From Candidatus Iainarchaeum sp. (GTDB lineage Archaea > Iainarchaeota > Iainarchaeia > Iainarchaeales > UBA10191): DNA of 64,000 bases. Both the position numbers and the translations under genes were made by a program. Positions within the stretch are counted from its first letter, which is position 1. Every line of letters starts with the position of its first letter. The notes below the pieces were generated by a model, which saw only the letters and a program-made list of their open reading frames with translations, did not search any database and was not told the DNA's origin. Below, in pieces: positions 10,350-19,943 of the stretch. The stretch covers positions 96,334 through 160,333 of the forward strand of contig JAUSFL010000036.1 of the NCBI GenBank assembly GCA_030649735.1, written 5' to 3'.

Positions 10350-12772
10350 CGTTTTTTCTTTTTTTTCTGCAAAGGCCTTCTGGCCTGCACTTTTGAAGGC
10401 TTTTTTATCTGAGAGGCAATGTCATTCAATGCAGTGCTTGAAAAGCTTTTATCCCTTGCACTTGCAGTTTTGGCTGCGACAATTGGCTTTGGCTTTCCCG
10501 AATCAGTCAAGGAATCATTCAAGCGCTTTATTTCAGAGCCAATCTGCCTTAAGGCTTCCTGATAGTCTTCTTCAAGGATTTTTCCGGCGGCATAATCCCT
10601 CTTCAGCACGCGGATTGAATGCTCTAGGCCAGAGCTTTTTGAATGCAAGTAATCCAATTCCACAGTGTTGTGGGATTTTGACTTTGCGGAAGTTTCTATT
10701 TTTGAAATGCTTTCAGAAAGCTTTTTTGAATGCTCCAGGAACTCTTGCGCGCTGATTTTTCCAACAGCGTAATCCTGCGCTAGCCTTTTCTGCTGTTTTG
10801 AAAGCTCGCCAAACTCGTGAACTTCAAGCACGCCTTTAGAGCGCTTTCTTACAATCAAAATAATCAATACAACAGATGCAAGAAGCCCAACGCCTAAAAC
10901 AAAAATTATCAAAAACAAGTAACGCGTGTTGTCTTGAGTCACTGTGACATTCACTCCCAAAGGCTGCTTTCTTGGAATGTTGACTAATTCAGAGTCTGGA
11001 ATGATTGAATAATGCGCGAAAGCCAATTTTGCGGCGTTAAGGTTGCTTTCAGCCAAGAACGCGAGCGAAACCCCGCTTTTGAGCATTTCAGCGGCAGTGC
11101 CTGCCTGCCCATTCTGCTGGTAGAATTTGGCGCCATTCAAGTAATAGCGCGCGTGATCCAAGTACAAGTTTGCCCAAACAGGCTTGAAATTCAAGTCCTT
11201 CAATTGGGAATCAAGGGCGGCAATCTTGCTGACTAGAATGCTTTCCAAGGCATTGGCGTCCTTTCCATTAACCGCTGATTCTGCATCAAGCAATGACTGG
11301 GCTGAAACAGCGTCAAAATACCCGCCTAAATTCCATTTGAAGGCCTGCTCTATTTTTGCAGAATTCACTCTTCGGGTAATGTCTTCCTTTTCTGAAGCGC
11401 CGTTAATGCTTAAGCCATTCTCTGCCTTGATTATTGCAGCGCTTAATTCTGGCTTTAAAAAATCATTCAAGGACGCCCATTTTTCAGAATTGCTTCCAAA
11501 ATCGTAAAAGTTCACTGCAATGTCAAACCATGCCTGGGCGAATTCAAAATCCTGCACTTTTTTCACGGCGGTCGTAGAGTCTGTCTGCTGGACTCCATTA
11601 ATCACAATGATTGTTTCAGGCTGCGCTAGCTGTTCCAGGTTAATGCGTGCCCAAGTCAAGCGCTGCTGTGCCGCGGCATACCATTCAAAATCATTGGTTG
11701 GAATTCCCTTGTCAATTTCTTCCTCTAATGCCTTGACTTTTTCCTGCAGGTTTTGCACTTTCACTTTCAATACTGTTGAATTGTCCGAAAGAATTGACGG
11801 GTTTTCAGCAATGTCTTTTATTGTCAAAGCGTTCACGCGCGCAAGGAAAGTGTAATTTGCCGAAGAGTACAAGTAATTGGCGTCATTCAGTGTTTGCGCT
11901 TCCTTCAATGCGTCTTCAGTGTCCCCAAGCTGTGAAAGCAGGCTGTTGATTACTGAAGTGTCATTGATTAAAGTCGTTGACAATGAATTCCTTGCGGAAT
12001 TGATCAAGTCTTTTGTTTCAGAAAGGAATTTTGAATTCTGCCTCTGCAAAGGCGCAAGCGAGCTTGCCTGGCCTATTGGCTTTGGCACAAAAACCAATTG
12101 GGGCTGCTGCAGTGTTTTGTTGACGTCAATTTTTGAAATGTCAGAAAAAGCAAGCTTTAACGCAGTGTCCAATTTGTCGACTTCAATGACTTTCATCCCC
12201 CACTCTTTCAGCGCATAATCAGGCAATGAAATGTTTTGGACTCCGGAAGGCAATTTTACAGTCTGCTTTGCCTCTCCTTTCGGAATCATGAAAAGCTTTA
12301 TCCCAATTTTTGCGGCCTCTTGGCTTTTTTCAAAAACCCCGCCAACAGGCCCTATTGTGCCGTCTTCGGAAATAGTTCCGGTCATTCCAACCTGCGCCGG
12401 GATTGCCTTGTTTTGAAGCGAGGCAACAGTCAATAACGCCATTGCACTGCCTGCAGAAGGGCCTTCAACAACTGACGCCTGGCTTTTAATTTCAAACAAG
12501 TAGTCAAAATTGTCAACTTCTGGAGAATAGTTCTTTGCCAGCCTTACAGCAACCAATTCTGCATTCTGCGTTGTGGTTCCAACCAATGGAACAACAGAAC
12601 TCCACACTTTTCCAGACCCGTTAGGCAGGATTTTCAAGGTCAAGTCCGCAGAAAGGCCTTTGCCTTCAGAAGTGACGGCAAAAATCTTCATTGAAGCCTG
12701 CGAAGTCACTGCAAGAACCGCGGTTGCGGAAAAAAGGACAAAAAGCAAAACAAGCAATTGCCGAAAATTCAT
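10346..12772 (-). CDS. Secreted, membrane-anchored archaeal Lon-like (S16) serine protease lacking an ATPase domain
   Basis: Signal peptide from ATG 12772; EGPSAG catalytic Ser; MTGTISEDGTIGPVGGVFEK; C-terminal TM plus cytoplasmic coiled coil. Confidence 0.85.
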   Translation of the reverse strand: MNFRQLLVLLFVLFSATAVLAVTSQASMKIFAVTSEGKGLSADLTLKILPNGSGKVWSSVVPLVGTTTQNAELVAVRLAKNYSPEVDNFDYLFEIKSQASVVEGPSAGSAMALLTVASLQNKAIPAQVGMTGTISEDGTIGPVGGVFEKSQEAAKIGIKLFMIPKGEAKQTVKLPSGVQNISLPDYALKEWGMKVIEVDKLDTALKLAFSDISKIDVNKTLQQPQLVFVPKPIGQASSLAPLQRQNSKFLSETKDLINSARNSLSTTLINDTSVINSLLSQLGDTEDALKEAQTLNDANYLYSSANYTFLARVNALTIKDIAENPSILSDNSTVLKVKVQNLQEKVKALEEEIDKGIPTNDFEWYAAAQQRLTWARINLEQLAQPETIIVINGVQQTDSTTAVKKVQDFEFAQAWFDIAVNFYDFGSNSEKWASLNDFLKPELSAAIIKAENGLSINGASEKEDITRRVNSAKIEQAFKWNLGGYFDAVSAQSLLDAESAVNGKDANALESILVSKIAALDSQLKDLNFKPVWANLYLDHARYYLNGAKFYQQNGQAGTAAEMLKSGVSLAFLAESNLNAAKLAFAHYSIIPDSELVNIPRKQPLGVNVTVTQDNTRYLFLIIFVLGVGLLASVVLIILIVRKRSKGVLEVHEFGELSKQQKRLAQDYAVGKISAQEFLEHSKKLSESISKIETSAKSKSHNTVELDYLHSKSSGLEHSIRVLKRDYAAGKILEEDYQEALRQIGSEIKRLNDSLTDSGKPKPIVAAKTASARDKSFSSTALNDIASQIKKPSKVQARRPLQKKKKKR

Positions 12773-12828
12773 TCTAAAATTAGTGAAAAAAGTGTTTAAA
12801 TTCCTTTGCAATTTGAAAGGCCGTGCTT

Positions 12829-13113
12829 TTATTTCATGTCTTTTTTCAGTTGCGTTTCAAACGCAACGCGCTTTCTCTGGACTGAAAAAATCAGAACTAT
12901 GCCAAACGCTATTAAAGCGGTTATCAATGCCGGAAGAGAGTAAGAGTTTTGCATTGAAGGGACAATTTGGACTAGCATGAAGTAATTCATGAGCATTAAA
13001 AGCGAAAGCAAAATCGCGGTGAAAAAAACAAGGTAAGTCAATTGGTTTGTCCACTCAAGAAAAGCGTACAAGTCCATCAAAAACTTCTTGTTCTCTGTTT
13101 TTTTCAAAGCCAT
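12829..13113 (-). CDS. Small two-TM membrane protein
   Basis: ATG at 13113 (MALKKTENKK); two hydrophobic helices. Confidence 0.6.
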   Translation of the reverse strand: MALKKTENKKFLMDLYAFLEWTNQLTYLVFFTAILLSLLMLMNYFMLVQIVPSMQNSYSLPALITALIAFGIVLIFSVQRKRVAFETQLKKDMK

Positions 13114-13212
13114 GATATAAAAATGAATTAAGAGTTTAAAAATTTTGTCATTGCAAAAAACAAGGCTTTTTATTGAAGAAAGCGCTAATTTTTTCAGCAA
13201 AGAGTTGAGCAA

Positions 13213-13593
13213 ATGCCTTTCAAGAAACCAAGGGAAAGAATTCTTCCAAACAATATCCATTATTGGCGTGGAAGAAAATGGCGTGAAATCCAAATGATAG
13301 AGGCAATGCCTGGCGATGGATTAAGGCGCTCTAAAGGAATAAACCGCATTGTGCAAATATTCAACAAAAGGCTCATTAAAGGCCAGCTTTCCCAAAAGCA
13401 AGCTTACAATGCTGCCAGGGCAATTGAAATACTGGCTTCTGAAATCACTGACGAGGCAATCCAAAGAATGGACCAAAATAGCATGAAGCACGGAAGCTGG
13501 AACGAGGAATACATAAACTGCCTGAAGCATTACTGGCAAATAATGCCAAGAAAGCTTAAGGCAGAGCTAATAAGGCAAAGCAGAAAAGAATAA
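13213..13593 (+). CDS. Basic hypothetical protein (MPFKKP N-terminus)
   Basis: Clean 126-aa ORF filling an intergenic gap; K/R-rich. Confidence 0.65.
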   Translation: MPFKKPRERILPNNIHYWRGRKWREIQMIEAMPGDGLRRSKGINRIVQIFNKRLIKGQLSQKQAYNAARAIEILASEITDEAIQRMDQNSMKHGSWNEEYINCLKHYWQIMPRKLKAELIRQSRKE

Positions 13594-13665
13594 GCCTGAA
13601 TTTGGCATGGCTTGCCTTAAGCTCAAGCTAGGAAATGAAAAAGAAAAAAAGGTCAAAGGCTGGCT

Positions 13666-13965
13666 TTAACCAAATAAGCTTCCGAGTCCTTCGGCCGCTG
13701 CTTCTGCTGCTTTTGCTGAGTCTTCTTCTTTCTTTTCAGCCTTTGCCGCTGTAGGAGCTGCTGTTGGGGCTGCGACTGCAACTTGGGCAACTGCTGCCTG
13801 TTTTATTGCTTCTTCAATGTTTATTCCTTTCAATGAAGCAACCAAAGCCTTGACTTTTGAAGAGTCGGCATTAACTCCAGCGGCCTTTAAGACTGCTGAA
13901 ACCTTTTCTTCGCTAATGTCTTGCTTTGCAGCGTGAAGCAACATTGCACTATAGACGTATTCCAT
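13666..13965 (-). CDS. rpl12: 50S ribosomal stalk protein aP1/L12
   Basis: MEYVYSAMLLH...Ala-rich hinge...GLGSLFG. Confidence 0.97.
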   Translation of the reverse strand: MEYVYSAMLLHAAKQDISEEKVSAVLKAAGVNADSSKVKALVASLKGINIEEAIKQAAVAQVAVAAPTAAPTAAKAEKKEEDSAKAAEAAAEGLGSLFG

Positions 13966-13995
13966 TATTTCACCTCATTAATTGTAAAATTTTAG

Positions 13996-14859
13996 TTAAG
14001 CGTTTTCCTCTTTAACCAAGGCCTTCAATGCCATTGCCTGCCTTTCAGCCTTTGCCAAAATGTCTGCTGCGGTTTCAGGCTCAATGAATTCTGCCTCTAT
14101 TGAAACAGCCTTTGCTTCCCTAAAGGCCTTCTGTATCATTATTGGAGTTGATTCGTTATTGAAAATTCCGGCAAACACCGCCACATTCAATGCATTATTG
14201 AATGCCTGGGCAATATTCTCCAAAGTTTGCTCTTCATCAATGTCCAAAACACTTGCCATGAAAATTTCATTGTTTTCAAAAACCGCAACCAAGTTCAAGC
14301 CGACCTTGATTGGCCTGATGTCAAGCTTTTGCAAAACTGAAGCAACTGCAGGAGTGACTGCAACGCCTTGTTTAGTGACTACCTTGTCTTCAACGACTGA
14401 AATTGTGGAACCCATTATTCTAACATTCAATCCAGCCGCCTTCAATTCTGAAAGCGCTGGCCCTGGAGGCAATCCAGTGTCCATTGCGGGAACCATCAAG
14501 TCAAAAGGCGCAAGCATTCCTGCCTTTGCAGCCATGCTTCCCTTGCTTTTTTTCAAGTATCCAAAAAGCTCGAAAGGATTCATGCTTGTTCCAATTATTG
14601 CAATGCTTCCTTCAGCCAATTCCTTAAGCTTTGAGTCCTTCAATTTTGAGGCTTCCAATGCCTTTTGTATAACGCGGACTTTGGAAACGTGAACTTCTGC
14701 CTTTCCATGAAGCTTTTTCCTGATTTGCGCGAAAAGCTTTGCTGGAAATCCTTCCAATGAAGCAATTGCGATTACAGGATAAGATTCAACGAGCTTTTTG
14801 ACTTTTTCAAGCTCTGAATGCTTCCAGGCTTTAGTATGAGATTTCACTTTCTCACCCAT
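13996..14859 (-). CDS. rpl10: 50S ribosomal protein L10/P0
   Basis: DTGLPPGPALSELK, KLDIRPIKVGL; position in the L1-L10-L12 operon. Confidence 0.95.
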   Translation of the reverse strand: MGEKVKSHTKAWKHSELEKVKKLVESYPVIAIASLEGFPAKLFAQIRKKLHGKAEVHVSKVRVIQKALEASKLKDSKLKELAEGSIAIIGTSMNPFELFGYLKKSKGSMAAKAGMLAPFDLMVPAMDTGLPPGPALSELKAAGLNVRIMGSTISVVEDKVVTKQGVAVTPAVASVLQKLDIRPIKVGLNLVAVFENNEIFMASVLDIDEEQTLENIAQAFNNALNVAVFAGIFNNESTPIMIQKAFREAKAVSIEAEFIEPETAADILAKAERQAMALKALVKEENA

Positions 14860-15512
14860 TCGACCTTTACTGCAGGAGTCATTGTCATTTTCAAAAACAT
14901 TGATTTGACGTTCAAGTCCCCGTCAGGCAATTTTGCAACCAAAGTCTGATAGACCGCCAATGCATTTTCTGCCAATTCTTCATCCTTTGAGTCTTCCTTT
15001 CCCAATAAAACGTGAACTACTGGCAAGTATCTGCCTTTCTTGTTTGTGACTTTAACTCCGGACTTGATTGTCCTTAAGGCGCTTTCAAGGGCTGAAAGTT
15101 CTGGCTGGATTGGCCTTGGCATTTTTCCCTTAGGCGCCAAAGCCTGGCCCAAGTATTTTCCGACAGTCAGCATTACAGGGCCTTCAGCAACAAAGCCGTC
15201 AAATTCTTCAGCGAGCTTTCCCGCCTCTTTCTTGTCCATTTGAGTGATTTCATTCTCTGTAATGACGCGCGCGACTTTGTCCTTGATGATTGCAATGAAG
15301 TTTGCGTCTTTTGCAAAAACGCAGATTTTGCCGCTGGCTTTTCCGCTGCTGTAAGGCAGGCTTACTGTAACGTCAATTCTATTTTCTGACTTTTTGAAGT
15401 CAATTCCCCTAAAATTGACAGCGAGCTCTACAGACTGCTTGAATTTTCTTTGCTTGTTCGAGTCCCGAACTTTCTGCAATGCGACTAAAAAATCTTTTTT
15501 TTCCACTTTCAA
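14844..15512 (-). CDS. rpl1: 50S ribosomal protein L1
   Basis: RKFKQSVELAVN, GKYLGQALAPKGKMP, KMTMTP; TTG start after GGAGG. Confidence 0.95.
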   Translation of the reverse strand: MKVEKKDFLVALQKVRDSNKQRKFKQSVELAVNFRGIDFKKSENRIDVTVSLPYSSGKASGKICVFAKDANFIAIIKDKVARVITENEITQMDKKEAGKLAEEFDGFVAEGPVMLTVGKYLGQALAPKGKMPRPIQPELSALESALRTIKSGVKVTNKKGRYLPVVHVLLGKEDSKDEELAENALAVYQTLVAKLPDGDLNVKSMFLKMTMTPAVKVEWVRK

Positions 15513-15711
15513 AAACCTCCTAATTGGATTCCGTGGCGGAAGCCATTAGTGAGCGGCTGCAAAAAAATTGCAATTAATACTATACTCTTCCGAAGTAATG
15601 TTTTTAAAGCAGAGCTTTAAAAATTTTCAAACCCGAGGTTTGAAATGTTTTTAAAAGAAAGCCTTAACGGGCCAATTGCCAGAATGGCAAAAATGGGGAG
15701 CATTGCCCCAA

Positions 15712-16152
15712 TTATTGCTTGTCAATGACTTTTAAAGTTCCCCACTGGCCAAGCTCCCTATGCATTGGCTTGCTGCAGTAATAGACAAACTCCCCGGTTT
15801 TGTCAGCCAAAAACTCGACAGTCACTTCCTTATTGAGCGGAGTTTCTGCAAAGGCGTTGAATTCGTCAATCTTGAAATCATGCATTCCGCTGGTCATTGT
15901 TATTTTGATTCTCACCAAATCGCCCTTATTCACTGTAATTTCTTTCAATGAAAACTTTGGGTAATATTTGCCGTCAATTACGTCAGTATAAGACTGCATT
16001 ACAAACTCTTTGACCGGGCTGGCTGTCTTTTCATTGGCTTGAGAAACCGCAAGATTTCCAGTCGCATTCACATTAGAAAACAAGCTGAAATATATTCCGA
16101 TTATTGCTATTACTGCAATAATGGCCGCTCCGGCAATCATTTTTTTATCCAT
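15712..16152 (-). CDS. Secreted cupredoxin-domain protein
   Basis: N-terminal TM; ITVNKGDLV, HDFKID, GEFVYYCSKPMHRELGQWG. Confidence 0.85.
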   Translation of the reverse strand: MDKKMIAGAAIIAVIAIIGIYFSLFSNVNATGNLAVSQANEKTASPVKEFVMQSYTDVIDGKYYPKFSLKEITVNKGDLVRIKITMTSGMHDFKIDEFNAFAETPLNKEVTVEFLADKTGEFVYYCSKPMHRELGQWGTLKVIDKQ

Positions 16153-16252
16153 TCAATCACTCCTGATGGTTGTTTTTTTAAAGTGTTAATACTATTATTT
16201 TTGAAGCAATTAATAAATAATAAAGTAAACGAAAGTAAAGTATTGTGATTTT

Positions 16253-16561
16253 ATGGAAAAAGCCTGCCCTGTTGCCGGAATAATAAATATTCTTGGAAAA
16301 AAATGGGCGTTATGGATTTTAAAAAAATTAAGCGAGAATGGCAAAATGAGATTCAATGACCTGCTAAATGAAATCGACCGCATAAATTCAAGCGTATTGT
16401 CCAAAAGGCTTAAGGAACTTGAAAAAGCAGGGCTTTTAAAAAGAAAAAAATTCAATGAAATCCCCCCAAGAATAGAATACTCGCTTACAAAAGCAGGAAA
16501 GGAATTGATTAAATGCTTCAAATTCTTGGGCGATTGGGCGAAAAAACACGGAAATAACTAA
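16253..16561 (+). CDS. HxlR-family winged-helix transcriptional regulator
   Basis: CPV...ILGKKW, RFNDL, LSKRLKELE, EIPPRIEYSLT. Confidence 0.92.
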   Translation: MEKACPVAGIINILGKKWALWILKKLSENGKMRFNDLLNEIDRINSSVLSKRLKELEKAGLLKRKKFNEIPPRIEYSLTKAGKELIKCFKFLGDWAKKHGNN

Positions 16562-16573
16562 TTAAAAGAGATC

Positions 16574-17140
16574 TTACTTCCAGAATTTTTTGGCTTTCAA
16601 GTAATCTGCTTTTAGCATTGCGTAAATGAACTCGTCATGCATTTTTCCAGTCGCCTTGCAGCCAATTGCCTGCCTTTGCAGGCCTTCATTCACAAAGCCA
16701 AGCTTTTCCAAAAGCTTTGCTGAAGGCGGGTTTTCGACAAAAGCCCCTGCCGCAATCCTGTTCATTTTCAACTCTTCAAAATAGAACTTTAAGACTGCCT
16801 TCAAGGCTTCGCTCATAATGCCTTGCCGCCAGTAATTTTCCCCAAGCCAATAGCCAAAACTGCAGGCTTTCAAGTCATAATCAATATGCGATAAGCCAAT
16901 TGCTCCAATGGCTTTTTTTTCAGGCTTTAATTCAATGACAAATTCTATTCCTTTAGGCCGGGTTTCTTTCGCAAGCTCTGAACAATGATTGAACCAACCT
17001 TCAGCATCCTTTAAAGTGTAAGGAAAAGCCACTACAGCCAAATTTTGAGAAACTTTCAAGTTGTTGATGTTTTCAAGCAGTGAAGGAATGTCTTTCCTTT
17101 CCTGCTGGCGCAAAACCAAACGTTCAGTTTCAAGACGCAT
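16574..17140 (-). CDS. RimJ/RimL-type GNAT acetyltransferase
   Basis: LETERLVLR, FGYWLGENYWRQGIMSEA, NPPSAKLLEKLGF. Confidence 0.92.
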   Translation of the reverse strand: MRLETERLVLRQQERKDIPSLLENINNLKVSQNLAVVAFPYTLKDAEGWFNHCSELAKETRPKGIEFVIELKPEKKAIGAIGLSHIDYDLKACSFGYWLGENYWRQGIMSEALKAVLKFYFEELKMNRIAAGAFVENPPSAKLLEKLGFVNEGLQRQAIGCKATGKMHDEFIYAMLKADYLKAKKFWK

Positions 17141-17209
17141 GCAAAATTAGTGGAAAATAGGGTTTAAAAATTAAAAATATGGTTTTTTAAAGAAAAAAGT
17201 TGAAAAGAT

Positions 17210-17689
17210 TCAGTCTTTTCCAATTGCTGAATCCCACTTGCCGGCTTTGATTTCTTTTGTGATTTCGCGGGCGTCTTTGCCTTCAATTGTTATTCCCATT
17301 TGCTTTGCGGTTCCCGCAATTTCGTTCATTGCGCTCTTGATTTTGCTTGAGGAAAGCCCGATCATTTTCATTTCAGCGACTTTCTTTAACTGCTGGATTG
17401 TCAAGTTTCCGACTTTTTCAGCCTTTGGAGTTGCTGCGCCCTTGGCAATTCCTAATTCTTTAATTATCAACGCGGAGGCCGAAGGGCTTCCGACCTTGAT
17501 TTCAAAGCTCTTGTTTTTTGCGTCAATTGAAATTGTCACCGGAATTTTCATTCCTTCAAAAGCCTTTGTTTTCTCGTTGATTTCAGCAACCACTGCGCCA
17601 ATGTTAACTCCAGTAGGCCCTAAAGCCGGGCCTAAAGGCGCTCCAGCGCTTGCTTTTCCAGCATCAACAATTGCCTTAACATCTGCCAT
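17210..17689 (-). CDS. rpl11: 50S ribosomal protein L11
   Basis: GKASAGAPLGPALGP, GTAKQMG. Confidence 0.97.
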   Translation of the reverse strand: MADVKAIVDAGKASAGAPLGPALGPTGVNIGAVVAEINEKTKAFEGMKIPVTISIDAKNKSFEIKVGSPSASALIIKELGIAKGAATPKAEKVGNLTIQQLKKVAEMKMIGLSSSKIKSAMNEIAGTAKQMGITIEGKDAREITKEIKAGKWDSAIGKD

Positions 17690-17725
17690 TCCAAATCACA
17701 CCCATTCTAAAAAATCCTAAACTTT

Positions 17726-18229
17726 TCATTCTTTGATTATCCTAATGTGCTCTGCGCTGATAGTGACTGGAATTTTCACGCTTGCTTCAAGCAATTCAAC
17801 AGTCACTTCTTCCTTTGGGTCATTGACGCGCAGCACGCGGGCTTTTTCTCCCTTGAAAGGTCCGGCAATCAATTCGACCTTTTGGCCGACCTTGATGCTT
17901 TTCATCAATGGCTTGCTTTCAAGCAAGGAATCAAGTTCCGCAATTTTCACTACGCGGACTTCGCCGCCGACAACGTCTTCTTCCTCGCCTTGGGATGCTC
18001 TTTTTTTCAAAAAACTGGTTCCGACAATTCCTTTTCCCTTAATGTTTGGAACATTGGCAATTGCCCTTCGAACTGTCATTTCATTGTCTGCTTCAACCAG
18101 AATATATCCTTTCAGTCCTGGAAGCACTGCAAAAGAGTAAATGTTCAAGTCTTCATGCCTTACCTTTTCTGTAAGAATGTCAACAACCATGCTTTCCTGA
18201 TTTACTGTTGTCCTAATCGTGAAAATCAA
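17726..18229 (-). CDS. spt5: Transcription elongation factor Spt5/NusG
   Basis: NGN domain (KGYILVEA) plus KOW (VELIAGPFKGEKARV). Confidence 0.95.
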   Translation of the reverse strand: MIFTIRTTVNQESMVVDILTEKVRHEDLNIYSFAVLPGLKGYILVEADNEMTVRRAIANVPNIKGKGIVGTSFLKKRASQGEEEDVVGGEVRVVKIAELDSLLESKPLMKSIKVGQKVELIAGPFKGEKARVLRVNDPKEEVTVELLEASVKIPVTISAEHIRIIKE

Positions 18230-18249
18230 ACCAAACTACCCCTTTTTTT

Positions 18250-18438
18250 TCATTGAATTGGAAAAATCAAAAAATTGAAAACCAGCGAAATAATGTATCC
18301 AATCACTCCAATAATGATTATTCCAATGCCCGTGGCTTTCAGCATTGCAAAAAACTCTTCCTTTGTCGGCTTTTTGCTGATTGTCAAAATCCTTTTCGAG
18401 TCTTCAATAAACCCTTTAATTTTGCCTTTAATGTCCAT
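18250..18438 (-). CDS. secE: Preprotein translocase SecE/Sec61gamma
   Basis: RILTISKKPTKEEF followed by TM GIIIIGVIGYII; synteny ftsZ-secE-spt5. Confidence 0.95.
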   Translation of the reverse strand: MDIKGKIKGFIEDSKRILTISKKPTKEEFFAMLKATGIGIIIIGVIGYIISLVFNFLIFPIQ

Positions 18439-18533
18439 AATTAAAATCCGCCAAAAAAAGCGTTAAAACTCTTGATTAAAAGAATAATAACAATAAAAGT
18501 TTTAAAAAGAAAGCCTTTTAAAACCCAGTTTTT

Positions 18534-19667
18534 TCACGTGAATTCAATGCCCAAGTCGACTTCAGTCTTTCCAGTCTTGGCTTTTCCCAGGTCCAATGCG
18601 TCCAAGTAAGGGAATTTTCCCCCCGCAATGACAACCATTGCCTGGATTTGAGACCTTGGAATGCCTTCGTCAATCATTGCGCCCCAAATAATGTGCGCGT
18701 TAGGGTTGATTTTTGTCGCAACTGCCTCAACAATCATTTCAGCCTCTCTCAAGGTCATGTCGCTTCCGCCAATAACATTCACTAAAGCCTTTGCCGCATC
18801 GCTGATGTCAACATCCAAAAGCGGCGATGTTAACGCGTTTTCCACTGCTTCTAAAGCGCGCGCGTCAGAAGCCTTTTCTGTAACGCTTTCTCCAAGGCCA
18901 ATCATTGCGGCACCGCCTTTTGAAAGAATAGTCCGCAAGTCTGCAAAATCCAAGTTAATCAAGCCGGGCTTTGTAATCATTTCAGTGATTCCCTTCACTG
19001 CATTAGTCAATACTTCATCAGCCACTTTGAAGGCGGCATTCACTGGCAGGTCCGGGGCAATTTCCAAAATCTTGTCGTTTGGTATTACAATTAAAGTGTC
19101 AACTTCTTTCCTTAGCTTGTCAAGGCCTTCCATTGCGTTTTCCATTCTCTTCCTGCCTTCAACAGTGAATGGAATCGTGACAACTCCAATGGTCAATGCC
19201 TTGATTTCTTTCGCAATGTTTGCAATGACTGGCGCGGCTCCAGTTCCGGTTCCGCCGCCCATTCCGCAAGTAATGAAAATCAAGTCTGATTTTGAAAGCA
19301 GGTCTTTCAATTCTTCACGGCTTTCCTTTGCAGCGCCCTCACCCACCGAAGGATCGCTTCCAGCACCAAGCCCGCGCGTCAATTGCTTTCCAATGAGGAT
19401 TTTCCTGTCAGCGCTGACTCCAAGCAATGCCTGGGCGTCAGTGTTTACTGCGTAAGTTTCAGCTCCGTGAATTCCAATCTCCGCCATTCGTTGAATAGTG
19501 TTGCTTCCGCCCCCGCCAACCCCGATAACGCGAATTTTTGCCTTTGAAGCCTCAAAAAGCTTCACCAGCTCTTCATCGTCTTCCTGGATTGAACGCTTGA
19601 AGCCTGAAGACTTTTTCGCGCTTTCTTCCTTTGCTCTCTTGATTGCATTGCTGACTACTGTTTTCAC
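18534..19667 (-). CDS. ftsZ: Cell division protein FtsZ
   Basis: GVGGGGSN, GMGGGTGTG tubulin signature, INLDFAD. Confidence 0.98.
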   Translation of the reverse strand: MKTVVSNAIKRAKEESAKKSSGFKRSIQEDDEELVKLFEASKAKIRVIGVGGGGSNTIQRMAEIGIHGAETYAVNTDAQALLGVSADRKILIGKQLTRGLGAGSDPSVGEGAAKESREELKDLLSKSDLIFITCGMGGGTGTGAAPVIANIAKEIKALTIGVVTIPFTVEGRKRMENAMEGLDKLRKEVDTLIVIPNDKILEIAPDLPVNAAFKVADEVLTNAVKGITEMITKPGLINLDFADLRTILSKGGAAMIGLGESVTEKASDARALEAVENALTSPLLDVDISDAAKALVNVIGGSDMTLREAEMIVEAVATKINPNAHIIWGAMIDEGIPRSQIQAMVVIAGGKFPYLDALDLGKAKTGKTEVDLGIEFT

Positions 19668-19795
19668 GATTTATCACTTTTCCCCAAATTCAATAAAAAA
19701 ATATAATAACCCAAAAGGGCTCTTATAGTCTGAAGCTCTAAGTGTTTAAAAAAATATAGGCGTTTTGCAAAATTTGTTTAAAAGGCGGTTTTGAA

Positions 19796-19939
19796 ATGAT
19801 TGCCAGAAGGCCAAAAATCAGAAAGCCAATTCCATTCAGTATTAATCCGGAAATTGTTGCAAAATACAAAAAACTGCAGGCAGAAATTGAAGTGAACCCA
19901 AAAGCCAGGATTGTTGGCGCCAAAAAAAGAAGATGGTAA
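19796..19939 (+). CDS. 47-aa basic small protein, absent from the ORF track (MIARRPKIRKPIPFSINPEIVAKYKKLQAEIEVNPKARIVGAKKRRW)
   Basis: Manual translation ATG 19796 to TAA 19939; ends 4 nt before the next ATG. Confidence 0.55.
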   Translation: MIARRPKIRKPIPFSINPEIVAKYKKLQAEIEVNPKARIVGAKKRRW

Positions 19940-19943
19940 AAGA

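Noticed and set aside
15676-15710. Tandem short hairpins downstream of the cupredoxin gene
   Set aside because: Only 5-6 bp stems; possibly a terminator but too weak to call
17950-18025. Charged insertion in Spt5 (KKRASQGEEEDVV)
   Set aside because: Short loop insertion in a variable region; no support for a special function
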